Virus record (IMG/VR): IMGVR_UViG_3300027782_000067
Length of the DNA stretch: 64,000 nt
Strand: one strand, 5' to 3'
From: an uncultured virus (IMG/VR IMGVR_UViG_3300027782_000067)
Lineage: Duplodnaviria > Heunggongvirae > Uroviricota > Caudoviricetes
The notes below the pieces were generated by a model, which saw only the letters and a program-made list of their open reading frames with translations, searched no databases and had not been told where the DNA came from. Shown here piece after piece: positions 47,681 to 57,779 of the stretch. Numbering within the stretch: position 1 is the first letter of the stretch; every line of letters starts with the position of its first letter. The position numbers and the translations under genes are program-made.

Positions 47681-48399
47681 AACTTGGAATCTATTTCTCT
47701 CCCTATTGTTTCGTATATTTTTAAATTACCGTGTGGATCTGAAACTTTACCAATTGGCGTATTTATAATTTTTGCTCCTTGGTTTTTGAATACGTTATAA
47801 TACCTCTCAACATTTGATTCTTTAGTATCTTTGTTTCCTCCCCATCCCCAAGATCCCTGAACAACGTAAAAATTGGCCTTAGGGAAAGTTTTTTCTAAGT
47901 TGTCAAACAACCCACTGATGTCGTCATTGGTGTTGAATCCTCCGTTGGTACCAATACTTATGATCACATTTTTAACGGTGTCATCCGTCTCATATTTTTT
48001 AACTGCATTTTTTAACCAACTTACACCTATTCCACCTAACCATAAAGACTCTTCGCTACCTTTAGTTGATATTCTACTTGCCTTATCGGTCTTATTATCA
48101 ATGTATGGAACCTGTGAGTCACCAATTATAATGTTTTTATTTTCTATTTTAGAGTTTTCAGACGAAAATGATTTCTTTTCTACTTCTTTTTTTATTTCTT
48201 TTTCAACCTCATCTTTGGTGGGTTCTTTTCCTTTAAACTTACTCATTATTTTTTTAAGAATATACCCCACCGCGGCACCTCCCAAAACATATTTACCTAT
48301 TGTACCTAAAATACTAAATAAACCTTCATTAATTGGTTGATTTTTTAACTTGTTATTAACAAGTTTTTTAAATTGTTCTTCTGTTATTTTTATTTTCAT
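47677..48399 (-). CDS. leader-A SGNH/GDSL-like hydrolase
   Basis: IIGDS, ISIGTNG, DPH. Confidence 0.7.
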   Translation of the reverse strand: MKIKITEEQFKKLVNNKLKNQPINEGLFSILGTIGKYVLGGAAVGYILKKIMSKFKGKEPTKDEVEKEIKKEVEKKSFSSENSKIENKNIIIGDSQVPYIDNKTDKASRISTKGSEESLWLGGIGVSWLKNAVKKYETDDTVKNVIISIGTNGGFNTNDDISGLFDNLEKTFPKANFYVVQGSWGWGGNKDTKESNVERYYNVFKNQGAKIINTPIGKVSDPHGNLKIYETIGREIDSKL

Positions 48400-48612
48400 T
48401 TTTTTATTTAATAAATATTTGGTTAATCTTTTTAAATACTTTATTTTTGTATAAAATATAATTATGAAAAAAAATTCTTGGTCTTTTATTTTTACAATCT
48501 GTGAGATGTTAATAATGTTTTTACTATCAATGGGATTGACCGCTGCGTTGTATTCTATTTTTTTTATTGTTTATGTTTTTTTGATTAAATAAAAATTAGT
48601 GACCAAAATATT

Positions 48613-51057
48613 TTAATATTTAATTCCGTCATAAATTAAAGAATTCTTCTCAACTGTTGTTGGTCCTGGTGTGTTCCTAAACATTGGTTCGTTATAATTA
48701 ATTTGATTGGTGGTTTTATCTAACCTACCTTGAGGTGGAAAAATAATAATATTATTTTTTGAGTCAACTACTGCTGCCAATCCACTATTTAATGGTATAC
48801 CTGGTGACCTAAAATTAATAACTTTATTACCTGTTATGGGTGATACTTCATTTTTGAAAAAATTATAATAAGAGTCTTCGGATATTGATTTAACTGAAAC
48901 AACGTCAACTTTACCGTTTGGTGATTTAACAATCATATCAACACCAGCTTTATCTAAAGCATTACCTTTTCCTCCTCTCCATAAAACACTATACCCTAAA
49001 TCCTCAAATTTTTTTGCAATCAAATCTTCACCAAAATCTCCTCTTTTTGTATTCACAATAGAATTTTTTGTATATCTTTTTGTATTTTTAGAAATTTTTT
49101 CTTTCATTTTGGTTTTATTATTTTTCATGTAGTCCATAGTGTCTTTAAATAATTTTTCTATTTCTTTTTCATCTAAAAGTTGCATATCATTTATATTCTT
49201 TATTCGATAATTACCTTCATTCAATTTATCTTGTAAAACATCTCTGAAAAATGTTTTTCTATCACCAGAATTTGTATTTAACATATTTATTGGTAACCAT
49301 TCTTCATTTTCAGTAACATATTTATATTTTCCATTATCTAAGTTTTTAAAAAAGTTTTTTAATTCTGGAACTGATTCTATCGCATTTTTAATATCTTCCG
49401 TTACTCCGTTTGGAAAGGTATTGTCCACATCCGAAACTACTAATTTGACTTTTACACCATCTTCTAATTCGGATAAAATATCTTGGATTGTTTTTGTAAA
49501 TTCTGTTCCATTATATCCTCGTAAATAATCACCGATTGATTTATTTAAATTATTTAATGAGGTTTCAGTTCTAAAAACATTATCAGTAAGATCAACTTCC
49601 TCACCTCGTAAATATTTTTCTACATCGTCAACTAAATTTTGTTGGAACTTTCCTAATTTTTTTTGGTTTTTTAAATATAGATAATTATTTGTTACTACTT
49701 CGCCTAAATCCTCTAAACTTCTACTTTCACCGGGTAAATTTTTATTCATCATAGATAGATATTCTTCCATTGTACTTAATCCCATTTCAGATCTTTTAGC
49801 ATTAAGTTTAGTTAAAAAATTAACATCATCTAATAATTTTTGTGGAGTTTCAAAAAAATAAAGTTTACCATCCATTTCTATTGGTCTAGGTATCCAATAA
49901 TTACCATCAGAAGTAACACCCCCTTGTGATCCATATTTTTGTACTCCACTTGAAATTTCTGAAAAATTTAAATCTCCCGTTTTATTTACACTTATTCTGT
50001 CTTCCAACATTGCCATCCCTTTTTTAATTTTTAACTCTTGGTCAGGAAATTTATTTATAAAGTTTTCTTTATTTGTATCAAATAAGTTAAACATACTTTT
50101 TTGGAACTCTAAATCGTTGTCAGCATGTTGGGTTATTAACCAAATTGCTTCAATGTCTTCAATTTTATCTATACTTGATATAAAATTTTGTGGGTCGTCC
50201 CCCATTATTTTTTTTAATTGTTCTTGATTTTTTATATCAACAGTTATGTCAAAAATTTCACTTTGTCTCATTGTTTGATCTAACTCAATCATTTTTGATA
50301 AATCTTGACTATTTTTTTTAGGATTAACTATATCGTTTATTTGATTAACAACATTATTGTCTATTTTGTTTGCAAAATCTAATTCTTCATTTTTAATTTT
50401 TAATAAATGTTCGTCAGGGCTTGTTTTTTTTAAAATATCATCACTTATTTTTTTTAAATAATCGTAAAGACCATCTGTTTTATTTTTATAATTAAGTTTT
50501 AAATTTTCTAAATTGACATTAAAAATGCCCCACAACTCGTCTTGACCTCCAAATATATCTGATTTCTCAACTCCACCTTTTTGTTCAATGTTAGATAACA
50601 CATCAAATACCGTCAAATTTCCTCCTGTATTTGGTTTTGTGTTTTTTAAAAATTTTTGTACATCTGCGGATGTTTTTATAAGATTAGACCCTATTTTTGC
50701 ACTTTTTTCTGATAATTCTTTTGCTAATAATCTTTCGGTTTTGGCTAAAACTGATTTTATTGTGTCTGTTCCTCCGTTCTTTAAAAAGTTTTTTAAACTT
50801 GCTATTGTTACCGCATCAGTTAAATTACCAGTAATTTTACCGTCCGAAGAATTAATTAAAGCCCTAAGTAAATTTTGATCCTCTTCTGATAAATTTTTAA
50901 AAAATACGGTTGCCTCATCATCTGATAATTTTAAAAGACTAATTAAAAGTTCTTGTAATCTTGGTCCTCCTGAAGAAGATAAAGATTCATTTAAAACCTC
51001 AGATTTAATTCCCATTAACTCACGTATCCTACTTATTTCCGTTAAAAGTTTACTCAT
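48613..51057 (-). CDS. leader-D large protein with DUF6624-like domain and C-terminal PD-(D/E)xK-like region
   Basis: DQTMR, WLITQHAD, LEDRI, QKYGSQ, RSEMGL; GDFGE...GVDMIV...SVK. Confidence 0.6.
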   Translation of the reverse strand: MSKLLTEISRIRELMGIKSEVLNESLSSSGGPRLQELLISLLKLSDDEATVFFKNLSEEDQNLLRALINSSDGKITGNLTDAVTIASLKNFLKNGGTDTIKSVLAKTERLLAKELSEKSAKIGSNLIKTSADVQKFLKNTKPNTGGNLTVFDVLSNIEQKGGVEKSDIFGGQDELWGIFNVNLENLKLNYKNKTDGLYDYLKKISDDILKKTSPDEHLLKIKNEELDFANKIDNNVVNQINDIVNPKKNSQDLSKMIELDQTMRQSEIFDITVDIKNQEQLKKIMGDDPQNFISSIDKIEDIEAIWLITQHADNDLEFQKSMFNLFDTNKENFINKFPDQELKIKKGMAMLEDRISVNKTGDLNFSEISSGVQKYGSQGGVTSDGNYWIPRPIEMDGKLYFFETPQKLLDDVNFLTKLNAKRSEMGLSTMEEYLSMMNKNLPGESRSLEDLGEVVTNNYLYLKNQKKLGKFQQNLVDDVEKYLRGEEVDLTDNVFRTETSLNNLNKSIGDYLRGYNGTEFTKTIQDILSELEDGVKVKLVVSDVDNTFPNGVTEDIKNAIESVPELKNFFKNLDNGKYKYVTENEEWLPINMLNTNSGDRKTFFRDVLQDKLNEGNYRIKNINDMQLLDEKEIEKLFKDTMDYMKNNKTKMKEKISKNTKRYTKNSIVNTKRGDFGEDLIAKKFEDLGYSVLWRGGKGNALDKAGVDMIVKSPNGKVDVVSVKSISEDSYYNFFKNEVSPITGNKVINFRSPGIPLNSGLAAVVDSKNNIIIFPPQGRLDKTTNQINYNEPMFRNTPGPTTVEKNSLIYDGIKY

Positions 51058-51244
51058 AACTTTCCCAAAATTTTAATAATTCTTTGTCTTTATATCTTTT
51101 TACTTTTTGATCCCAACCACATATATAACAGATAAAAGGATGATCATCATTTTTTTTCATTTTCCATGAATGATCACACTTTTTACAAACTATGTTATCT
51201 CCAAATAATTTATCTGACTGTCTTTCTGTAATTATAATTTTCAT
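51050..51244 (-). CDS. leader-A zinc-ribbon protein
   Basis: MKIIITERQ; CKKC...CYICG. Confidence 0.7.
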   Translation of the reverse strand: MKIIITERQSDKLFGDNIVCKKCDHSWKMKKNDDHPFICYICGWDQKVKRYKDKELLKFWESYE

Positions 51245-51741
51245 CTTTTTAAAGTGTTAATTATTTCTTCTTGGAAGAAGTTTTGAATTTCAGATTCACT
51301 GTCTTCACTTTTTAATGTGTCTTGTAATCTTACGTCATCATCATTTAATACACTATAAAAATCATAGTCAGTTAAATACCCTCTTTTATCTGTAACAATA
51401 ACTCCAAGAAACTCATCTCCATTGAATGTTATTTCTCCATAATATTCTACCTCATCACCTTTATTAATTTCTTCGGAGAATTCAAATCTAAATGGTCTAC
51501 CTTTTAGATTATATTTAAATCTCATTCCCTCTCTTTCATCAACCTTGTGAACATCTTCAATATCAAATATGAAATCTTCTGGATTACCTCCTCTTTCCGT
51601 AAAACTTTTAAAGGCTCTCAATATATCTTTTTCTGATGGTTTTAAATCTTCACCTTTATTCATTTTTGAATATAGGTCAAGTACCTGATCAAGATTTTCT
51701 TTTAGGTAATTAAACTGTGATTCTGTAAGAATTATTTTCAT
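51241..51741 (-). CDS. leader-A protein; paralog of 1791..2294
   Basis: MKIILTESQ; VDEREG. Confidence 0.7.
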   Translation of the reverse strand: MKIILTESQFNYLKENLDQVLDLYSKMNKGEDLKPSEKDILRAFKSFTERGGNPEDFIFDIEDVHKVDEREGMRFKYNLKGRPFRFEFSEEINKGDEVEYYGEITFNGDEFLGVIVTDKRGYLTDYDFYSVLNDDDVRLQDTLKSEDSESEIQNFFQEEIINTLKR

Positions 51742-51745
51742 TTTT

Positions 51746-52432
51746 TTATTTAAAATCGTCTCTTGTGATTATTTTTTCCATTCCAGAATCATACCATTCT
51801 CTTGATGACCAAATGTGTGAACTACTAATAAATCCATTATTACTTATTTGTAATGTCCCTGTTGATCCATCATCAATTTCCCATCCACCATATTCCGATT
51901 CTAAGTAATCATATGCCATGTTTATAATAGACATAGTTTTCTCATTACGTTCCCAAGTGTGAATATTCTCTTCTTTACCATCAACAGACACTGAATTTAT
52001 TTGCCCACTATCACCACCACCATCATATGAAAAATTAATAATTGATATTTTTTTTTCATTCATATATTTTATTGTATCTGAAGTTTCAATAGGAAATTTA
52101 CGTTCATTATATATATCCTGATCAACATATTCTTCAACAGAAACTCTTAATTCAAGTGTTTTATTTTTTGGTCTAAATATTGCCACTAACTGATACCCTT
52201 CAGTTTCACTATATGCGTTATCTAATAAATTGTCAGTTGCAAATTCTTCAATAATACTAACAATAATATTCATTATAGATGACGGTATTTTTTTTCTACC
52301 TAAATCATTACTTCCATATTCCCAATCTACATTTTCAATACCTGCCTCCCACATTGTCCATTCAAATCTTATCTCATTTTGTTCATAAGATGATAAAAAG
52401 TTCATAATATTATCAAAAATTCTTTTTTCCAT
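51746..52432 (-). CDS. DUF6878-like protein
   Basis: YDGGGDSGQI...GWEIDDGSTG. Confidence 0.65.
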   Translation of the reverse strand: MEKRIFDNIMNFLSSYEQNEIRFEWTMWEAGIENVDWEYGSNDLGRKKIPSSIMNIIVSIIEEFATDNLLDNAYSETEGYQLVAIFRPKNKTLELRVSVEEYVDQDIYNERKFPIETSDTIKYMNEKKISIINFSYDGGGDSGQINSVSVDGKEENIHTWERNEKTMSIINMAYDYLESEYGGWEIDDGSTGTLQISNNGFISSSHIWSSREWYDSGMEKIITRDDFK

Positions 52433-52444
52433 AGTTATAAATAT

Positions 52445-52798
52445 CTAATCATCAAATTTAAGATCCAAAGTTCTAATCATCCACATTGGTTTTTCTTTTT
52501 CTTGTAATGCTTTTATCCATTCTTTCGCAGATGGTACGTGATTAAAGCAGTCTTCTTTAACATGATCCTCACCAACATATCTGGTATAAACCGTTTTTCC
52601 ATCACTGTTTTGAAATGATGGTCCGAACACTTTTTCACATTCAAATATACCCTCACTATGGTGTCTAAACACCCTATGATATGAGTGCCCAATCCATGCT
52701 TTTGTTTCATCAAACCATTCATGTATCTTTATGTAATCTTCAACTTTTCCTCCATATTTTTTAACAGAACTTTTTGCGTGTATTTGTGGGTGTGCCAT
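52445..52798 (-). CDS. DUF6915-like protein
   Basis: MAHPQIHAKSS..KYGG, HHSEGIFECE, HVKED. Confidence 0.7.
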   Translation of the reverse strand: MAHPQIHAKSSVKKYGGKVEDYIKIHEWFDETKAWIGHSYHRVFRHHSEGIFECEKVFGPSFQNSDGKTVYTRYVGEDHVKEDCFNHVPSAKEWIKALQEKEKPMWMIRTLDLKFDD

Positions 52799-52859
52799 AA
52801 TTTTTACTTTTTAATAAATATAGTTTTTTACTTCATGTTTTTGTAGTATTTATTTAAAT

Positions 52860-53426
52860 ATGAAAGATCTTGTTAGGACTATACTTAGAGAAAATTCTCA
52901 TTTAGAAACGTTAAAAAAATATTTTTGGGATATTTGGACTAACGAAGTAAATTCAGGTAAAATACCTAAAATAGGTTACGTAGATATTCGTAGAAAAAAC
53001 CTATCTAAATATATTAAACAAATAGATAAGTGGTATAATGAATTTGTTGGTGGTAGTGATGAGTCTTTTAAATTATTTGATCGTTACATGACAAATTTAA
53101 CTGTTACGGATGTTGACATGCGAAAAGCGAATCAACCTATTAACCCTGAAGACAAATTTGAAATTTTGATTACTCGTATTTTTAATAAATCTTATGACGA
53201 AAACATTGTAAAACAAACTTTAGATTTTGGTTTTATGATTAAAGATGCGACATTATTAACTGATGAAGGTAGATTGACTTGGGATGAACTTTGGGACGAA
53301 AAGTACGATGATCTCTGGAATGATATTGAGAATTGGTTAAGAGGAGAACTTGAGGGTTATGTTCACACGATTCAATTAGATTTTGGTTTAGACTACCTAT
53401 ATATTGATTCCCAATGGGATGATTAA
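52860..53426 (+). CDS. leader-D protein on the + strand
   Basis: MKDLVRTILRE; TATTTAT at 52847-52853 on the + strand. Confidence 0.7.
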   Translation: MKDLVRTILRENSHLETLKKYFWDIWTNEVNSGKIPKIGYVDIRRKNLSKYIKQIDKWYNEFVGGSDESFKLFDRYMTNLTVTDVDMRKANQPINPEDKFEILITRIFNKSYDENIVKQTLDFGFMIKDATLLTDEGRLTWDELWDEKYDDLWNDIENWLRGELEGYVHTIQLDFGLDYLYIDSQWDD

Positions 53427-53464
53427 AAAATAAAAAAGTCGAACTTTCATCCGACTTTATCTTT

Positions 53465-53695
53465 TTATTTCTTTATCATATGGTATTCCATCATTTCGGT
53501 TGCTTTAGCCACCGCTTGGTCTTTGGTTTTAAACCCACGTTCTTTAATATTTTTAGCGTGTATGATTTGATAAGTAGTTGAGGCAACTTCTTTGTTTTCT
53601 CCTCTTCCTGGTTTTTTTCTCATTGCATCTGCCGCGTAAACATCTAAAAAACCAACTTTACAAATGTAACGACCTTTTGTTGTGCCCTTTCCCAT
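53465..53695 (-). CDS. small basic protein
   Basis: TATATTTG upstream. Confidence 0.6.
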   Translation of the reverse strand: MGKGTTKGRYICKVGFLDVYAADAMRKKPGRGENKEVASTTYQIIHAKNIKERGFKTKDQAVAKATEMMEYHMIKK

Positions 53696-53741
53696 TTTTT
53701 TATTTTTTTGTTTTAATTAATACTTCTACAAATATAGTATT

Positions 53742-54110
53742 TTATTTTTGATCTGACAATATGAAATTTAAAAAATTTCTAATTGTTTTCATAAATTTTT
53801 GTCTTTCTGGGTTGTTGACATTATTTGAACCAAAAAACCAATCACCAACCATATCAGTTTCCTCAACTAACATTTCAACAATTTTAAGTTCCATTTGTTT
53901 TTTATTATTAAAATTATTAAATCCAAATCCAGGAAATCCTTCAAATGAATATTCGGTAGATTTTAATGGTTCCATATCAACCCATTCTCTGCCAAACTCT
54001 CGTTCAACAACTTTAATCCTTCTTAATAAAAAGTTTAATAATGAACGATCAATCTCCTCGTGTTGTGAGGAGATTTGATCCTTTTCATTTTCATTTATTA
54101 TTATTTTCAT
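53742..54110 (-). CDS. leader-A hypothetical protein
   Basis: MKIIINENE. Confidence 0.65.
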   Translation of the reverse strand: MKIIINENEKDQISSQHEEIDRSLLNFLLRRIKVVEREFGREWVDMEPLKSTEYSFEGFPGFGFNNFNNKKQMELKIVEMLVEETDMVGDWFFGSNNVNNPERQKFMKTIRNFLNFILSDQK

Positions 54111-54640
54111 TTAAGAAATTTCAATTTATAGATTGTTGAGTTAATTAACTCCTGTACCGTATCAATTTGATTTTGAATATAACTATCTTCAATAGATTCT
54201 CTATTTTCATCAATTATATCTAATAATTTTTCAAAATAAGAGATTGTTTTTTTACAGTTTTTATATTGTTCAATTTTAAATGTTTTGAAGTTTTTAATAA
54301 TTCCGTATTTACCTTGGTAAGATTCTATAATCCCATCAAATAAATCAACAACACCATCATAGTAATTGTTTAATGCATTGTGTTCAGCAAATGATTGTGT
54401 TTGAAGGTGAAATACGTGTGCTTGGTTTCTTGAATGTAAGATATTACAAACCATTTCACAAAAATCTTCATTACCGTCATCTTCTTGGTCATCCTCACCA
54501 TCCTCCTCATCATCATCGTCTTCTTCTTGATCGTTATCATCATCGTCTTGATCATCCTCGTCCTCATCTTCTTCGAACAATCTACGTTTTTTTAATTCTT
54601 CAAATAATTTATTGGTTAGATCTTTTTCATTAATTTTCAT
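54107..54640 (-). CDS. ferritin/Dps-like (DUF5856-like) protein with acidic tract
   Basis: HVFHLQT.SFAEHNAL..YYD, ESYQGKYG, INSTIYKLKFL. Confidence 0.7.
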   Translation of the reverse strand: MKINEKDLTNKLFEELKKRRLFEEDEDEDDQDDDDNDQEEDDDDEEDGEDDQEDDGNEDFCEMVCNILHSRNQAHVFHLQTQSFAEHNALNNYYDGVVDLFDGIIESYQGKYGIIKNFKTFKIEQYKNCKKTISYFEKLLDIIDENRESIEDSYIQNQIDTVQELINSTIYKLKFLK

Positions 54641-54666
54641 AGTTTTTTTTATTATAAATATATTGT

Positions 54667-55350
54667 TTATTTATAGTCTTCAGGTTTTATTGTTAAATTT
54701 AAATTAGTTGGTTCATATTCTTCAGTATAATCAAATCCATCTATTAAAATATCATCACCCCATAATCTTACTTCACCTTTAGATCCAACACCTTCATTCC
54801 AAAATCTACCTTGACGTAAAGTCATTAATTCGTTAACAACTGTCCAGTAATCTTCATCATCATAAGAGTCATGTTTCTTATTATTAACATAAACTTTTGT
54901 GATTTGTCCGTCATCCCACCTTCCATAGAATTCTATATCAACAATGTTTTCATTGTTATTTGTTAATACATTAATAATATTTCTTGTATCTTCTTTTAAG
55001 TCATTTAAAATGTATTCCCTTTCAAATTCATCCTCTTTTTCCTGTTTACAGGAACTTCGGAAGTTTATTTCTTTTATTTCTGTATTAATAAGAATAGTTA
55101 AATACCAATATTCATCAATATCGTAATTATTGTATCTATTAAACTTGTATTCGTATTCTTCCAATAGATCTTTAATTACCTTAACTAAAAAATTTGGTAA
55201 CTTTCTTGATTGTCTTCGATCTTTTACATCATATATTATTGATTCATCCCATTCCTCAATAGTATTTACATCCAAAGTCATATTGATTTCACCAAGAAGA
55301 ACTCCCATTTGTTTTAAAAGTTCAAAAAATAATATAAGTCTTTTATTCAT
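54667..55350 (-). CDS. diverged paralog of 51746..52432
   Basis: FYGRWDDGQI, WNEGVGSKG. Confidence 0.6.
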   Translation of the reverse strand: MNKRLILFFELLKQMGVLLGEINMTLDVNTIEEWDESIIYDVKDRRQSRKLPNFLVKVIKDLLEEYEYKFNRYNNYDIDEYWYLTILINTEIKEINFRSSCKQEKEDEFEREYILNDLKEDTRNIINVLTNNNENIVDIEFYGRWDDGQITKVYVNNKKHDSYDDEDYWTVVNELMTLRQGRFWNEGVGSKGEVRLWGDDILIDGFDYTEEYEPTNLNLTIKPEDYK

Positions 55351-55379
55351 ATTTCTATAAATATAAGGCTTATATTATT

Positions 55380-56072
55380 TTAAATAAATTCAATCTCATT
55401 TGTTTCTGGATCCCAATCAATGGTTATTGGTTTGTTTCGGAACTCATATCGTCCGTTTAACACCGCTGCGTTGATAAAGTGAGTATTACCATCAAACACA
55501 TAACCATAACCTTCGTGGATGTGTCCAAATACGTGGATTTTAGGTTTGATTTCTTGAACTCGTTTCATAAGTTCTTCACAACCAACACTTACACTATCAT
55601 ATGGTACATAATCCAATTTACCAAATGGTGGTCCGTGAGTGATAAGGATGTCAGTATCAACAGGTATCATATCCCATTTTTCTTTTATCTTTTTACCACG
55701 AGGAAGATTGAATGCCCAATTATTAAACTCAGGTTGCCAAGGTGTTCCCCATATTTTAACCATAGTATCATAATCTTCACCAACCATCAATAAGTCATCT
55801 TGAAGATACTCTATAGTTTTGTAACCGGTAAGTAATCCTTTAACTTTTTCGTTATCATTTTCAAATCCAAAATCGTGATTACCACATATGAATACTTTGG
55901 TATCGTAGTTATTGATTTTATCATACCACTTAGTAAAGTTTTCTATTTCAGTGATATAACCACGGCTAGTTAAATCTCCGGCGTGGACAAGAATATCTCC
56001 ACCAGTCAAGAACCCACTAATCTTGTCGTGTTTGGTGTGGGTGTCGCTTATAAATGTGATTCTTTTTTTCAT
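55380..56072 (-). CDS. calcineurin-like metallophosphoesterase
   Basis: SDTH, HAGD, GNHD, THGPP, FGHIHE. Confidence 0.9.
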   Translation of the reverse strand: MKKRITFISDTHTKHDKISGFLTGGDILVHAGDLTSRGYITEIENFTKWYDKINNYDTKVFICGNHDFGFENDNEKVKGLLTGYKTIEYLQDDLLMVGEDYDTMVKIWGTPWQPEFNNWAFNLPRGKKIKEKWDMIPVDTDILITHGPPFGKLDYVPYDSVSVGCEELMKRVQEIKPKIHVFGHIHEGYGYVFDGNTHFINAAVLNGRYEFRNKPITIDWDPETNEIEFI

Positions 56073-56108
56073 AAAACAAATATAAGTAATTTTATTAAAT
56101 AAAAAAAA

Positions 56109-56345
56109 TTAACTTATTATTTTAATTTCACTTTCTGTTTCAATAACCACTCTTGCACCACAACTAATAATTGGTTTTTTATCTCCACTACCACAATACT
56201 TTATTTTACTTGGTCCAAGTATTTCTACTTCATTACAGTACGTATTTGTTTTACCCTCCTTAATTGTGATAACAGGAAGATCTGTGTCCTTTGTTTTATT
56301 GGACCTGACGTGGTGTTGGTTAACGTGGATTCTTTTTATCCCCAT
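56109..56345 (-). CDS. small phage protein
   Basis: IHVNQH...SCGARVVIET. Confidence 0.65.
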   Translation of the reverse strand: MGIKRIHVNQHHVRSNKTKDTDLPVITIKEGKTNTYCNEVEILGPSKIKYCGSGDKKPIISCGARVVIETESEIKIIS

Positions 56346-56418
56346 CCTCTACCCGATTGTGACATCGCGTTTATTCTTTGTTGTTCTAACCAACCTAAAA
56401 ATTTAAATAGTTTTTTAA

Positions 56419-56631
56419 TCATTTTTTATTTCTGTTAAATGGTTCTTTTTTAAAAACGTATCCTGAAATATCCAAGTATCTCAATAACTCCCTATCCCCC
56501 TCAATTATTGTGTGAGGTATAAAAGACTCTCCTCTATCATGTTTCTTATTACCATCAATTTTAATCATTCCTATTTTATATCCAAAACGGTTTGCTAACC
56601 ATTTAATAAATAATGCGGGGTATCTTTTCAT
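56419..56631 (-). CDS. hypothetical protein
   Basis: 70-aa ORF in operon. Confidence 0.55.
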   Translation of the reverse strand: MKRYPALFIKWLANRFGYKIGMIKIDGNKKHDRGESFIPHTIIEGDRELLRYLDISGYVFKKEPFNRNKK

Positions 56632-56638
56632 ATTTTAA

Positions 56639-57013
56639 TTATTTTATTGTTTTAACTGCTCTAGCGTTAATATGACCTTCTTTTAAAGTTATTGCTATAA
56701 GTTTGTGTGTAAAAACTTGCATCCAAGCATAATCAGAATTATGGTCGGTAGAACTCCAATAATTAGTATTAACAAAATTACCGATAAGGTCCTTATTTTC
56801 ATACATTTTTTCTAATTCGTCTTTAGTTGGTAATCTCCAACCTTTACCTAATTCTTTACACTCTCTTTTAGCATTATACCATGTTACCTCTGTTGGTAAA
56901 TCATATTGTGCAATTTCTATACTATCAAGCTTATATGTTGTTCCTATTATCTGAGATACAGATGTGAATGTAATAAAAAACAAAAGGATGATCAATATTG
57001 TTTTTAATTTCAT
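56639..57013 (-). CDS. secreted DUF1566-like protein
   Basis: signal-peptide-like N-terminus; GWRLPTKDEL, YWSST. Confidence 0.75.
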   Translation of the reverse strand: MKLKTILIILLFFITFTSVSQIIGTTYKLDSIEIAQYDLPTEVTWYNAKRECKELGKGWRLPTKDELEKMYENKDLIGNFVNTNYWSSTDHNSDYAWMQVFTHKLIAITLKEGHINARAVKTIK

Positions 57014-57029
57014 AATTTTTTATTTAAAT

Positions 57030-57275
57030 TTAATCTTCTAAATTTAAACTATAACCATTAAGTATTTCTCTCATTTGTTCTCTTATTTTTTCACAAATCT
57101 CTATTTCCTCACTTGATGCTTCATCGTTGGAATAAAACTTAATTCCGTGTTTGGTTGTTGTTCTTAACTTTTGGTCAAGATCCCACATTGACATCTTCCA
57201 TTTCATGGCATCAAGTGCCACTCTTGCGTCTTGTGATTCTTCTACCGAATCAAATTCTATTGTTATTTTTCCCAT
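57030..57275 (-). CDS. hypothetical protein
   Basis: TAACTTTG just upstream. Confidence 0.6.
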   Translation of the reverse strand: MGKITIEFDSVEESQDARVALDAMKWKMSMWDLDQKLRTTTKHGIKFYSNDEASSEEIEICEKIREQMREILNGYSLNLED

Positions 57276-57284
57276 AAAACAAAG

Positions 57285-57515
57285 TTATGAATTTTTTTCT
57301 AATGAATCAACAAACTCGTTGAATTCTATTTTAGATGGTGGTCTTCCATCAATATCACAACAGGTATTGTAATAATTTCTGATTTTATTGATTACCTCTT
57401 CTTTGTCAATATTTTCTAACCCATCCATTAAAGTATTATCCCATAAGTTCATTTCGTCGTCTTCCATATAAAAATCACCATCCGACCCTATGTAAGGTGT
57501 TGTGTCTTCACTCAT
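57285..57515 (-). CDS. hypothetical protein
   Basis: WDNTLMDGLE. Confidence 0.55.
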   Translation of the reverse strand: MSEDTTPYIGSDGDFYMEDDEMNLWDNTLMDGLENIDKEEVINKIRNYYNTCCDIDGRPPSKIEFNEFVDSLEKNS

Positions 57516-57527
57516 AATATTTTTAAT

Positions 57528-57779
57528 TCAATTCTGTATTTCTTTATTTTCAAATTGATCCAATAAAGCAACTACACTTTCATCAACCAAACTAACGTTA
57601 TGTAATTCTTTTGATGTTTTATAATCGGAAACATTAATTTTTGATTTTATTTTTTTTTCTCCATCTGTAATGGTAATTTTAATTTCAAAATCTTGTTTCG
57701 GTTTTGTTTTTTTATCTACCGGTGGTTTGTAACCAAATTCTTTCTCTTGTCTTATTTCGTTGAGTGTTCTTTTTTTCAT
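57528..57779 (-). CDS. hypothetical protein
   Basis: 83-aa ORF in operon. Confidence 0.55.
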   Translation of the reverse strand: MKKRTLNEIRQEKEFGYKPPVDKKTKPKQDFEIKITITDGEKKIKSKINVSDYKTSKELHNVSLVDESVVALLDQFENKEIQN

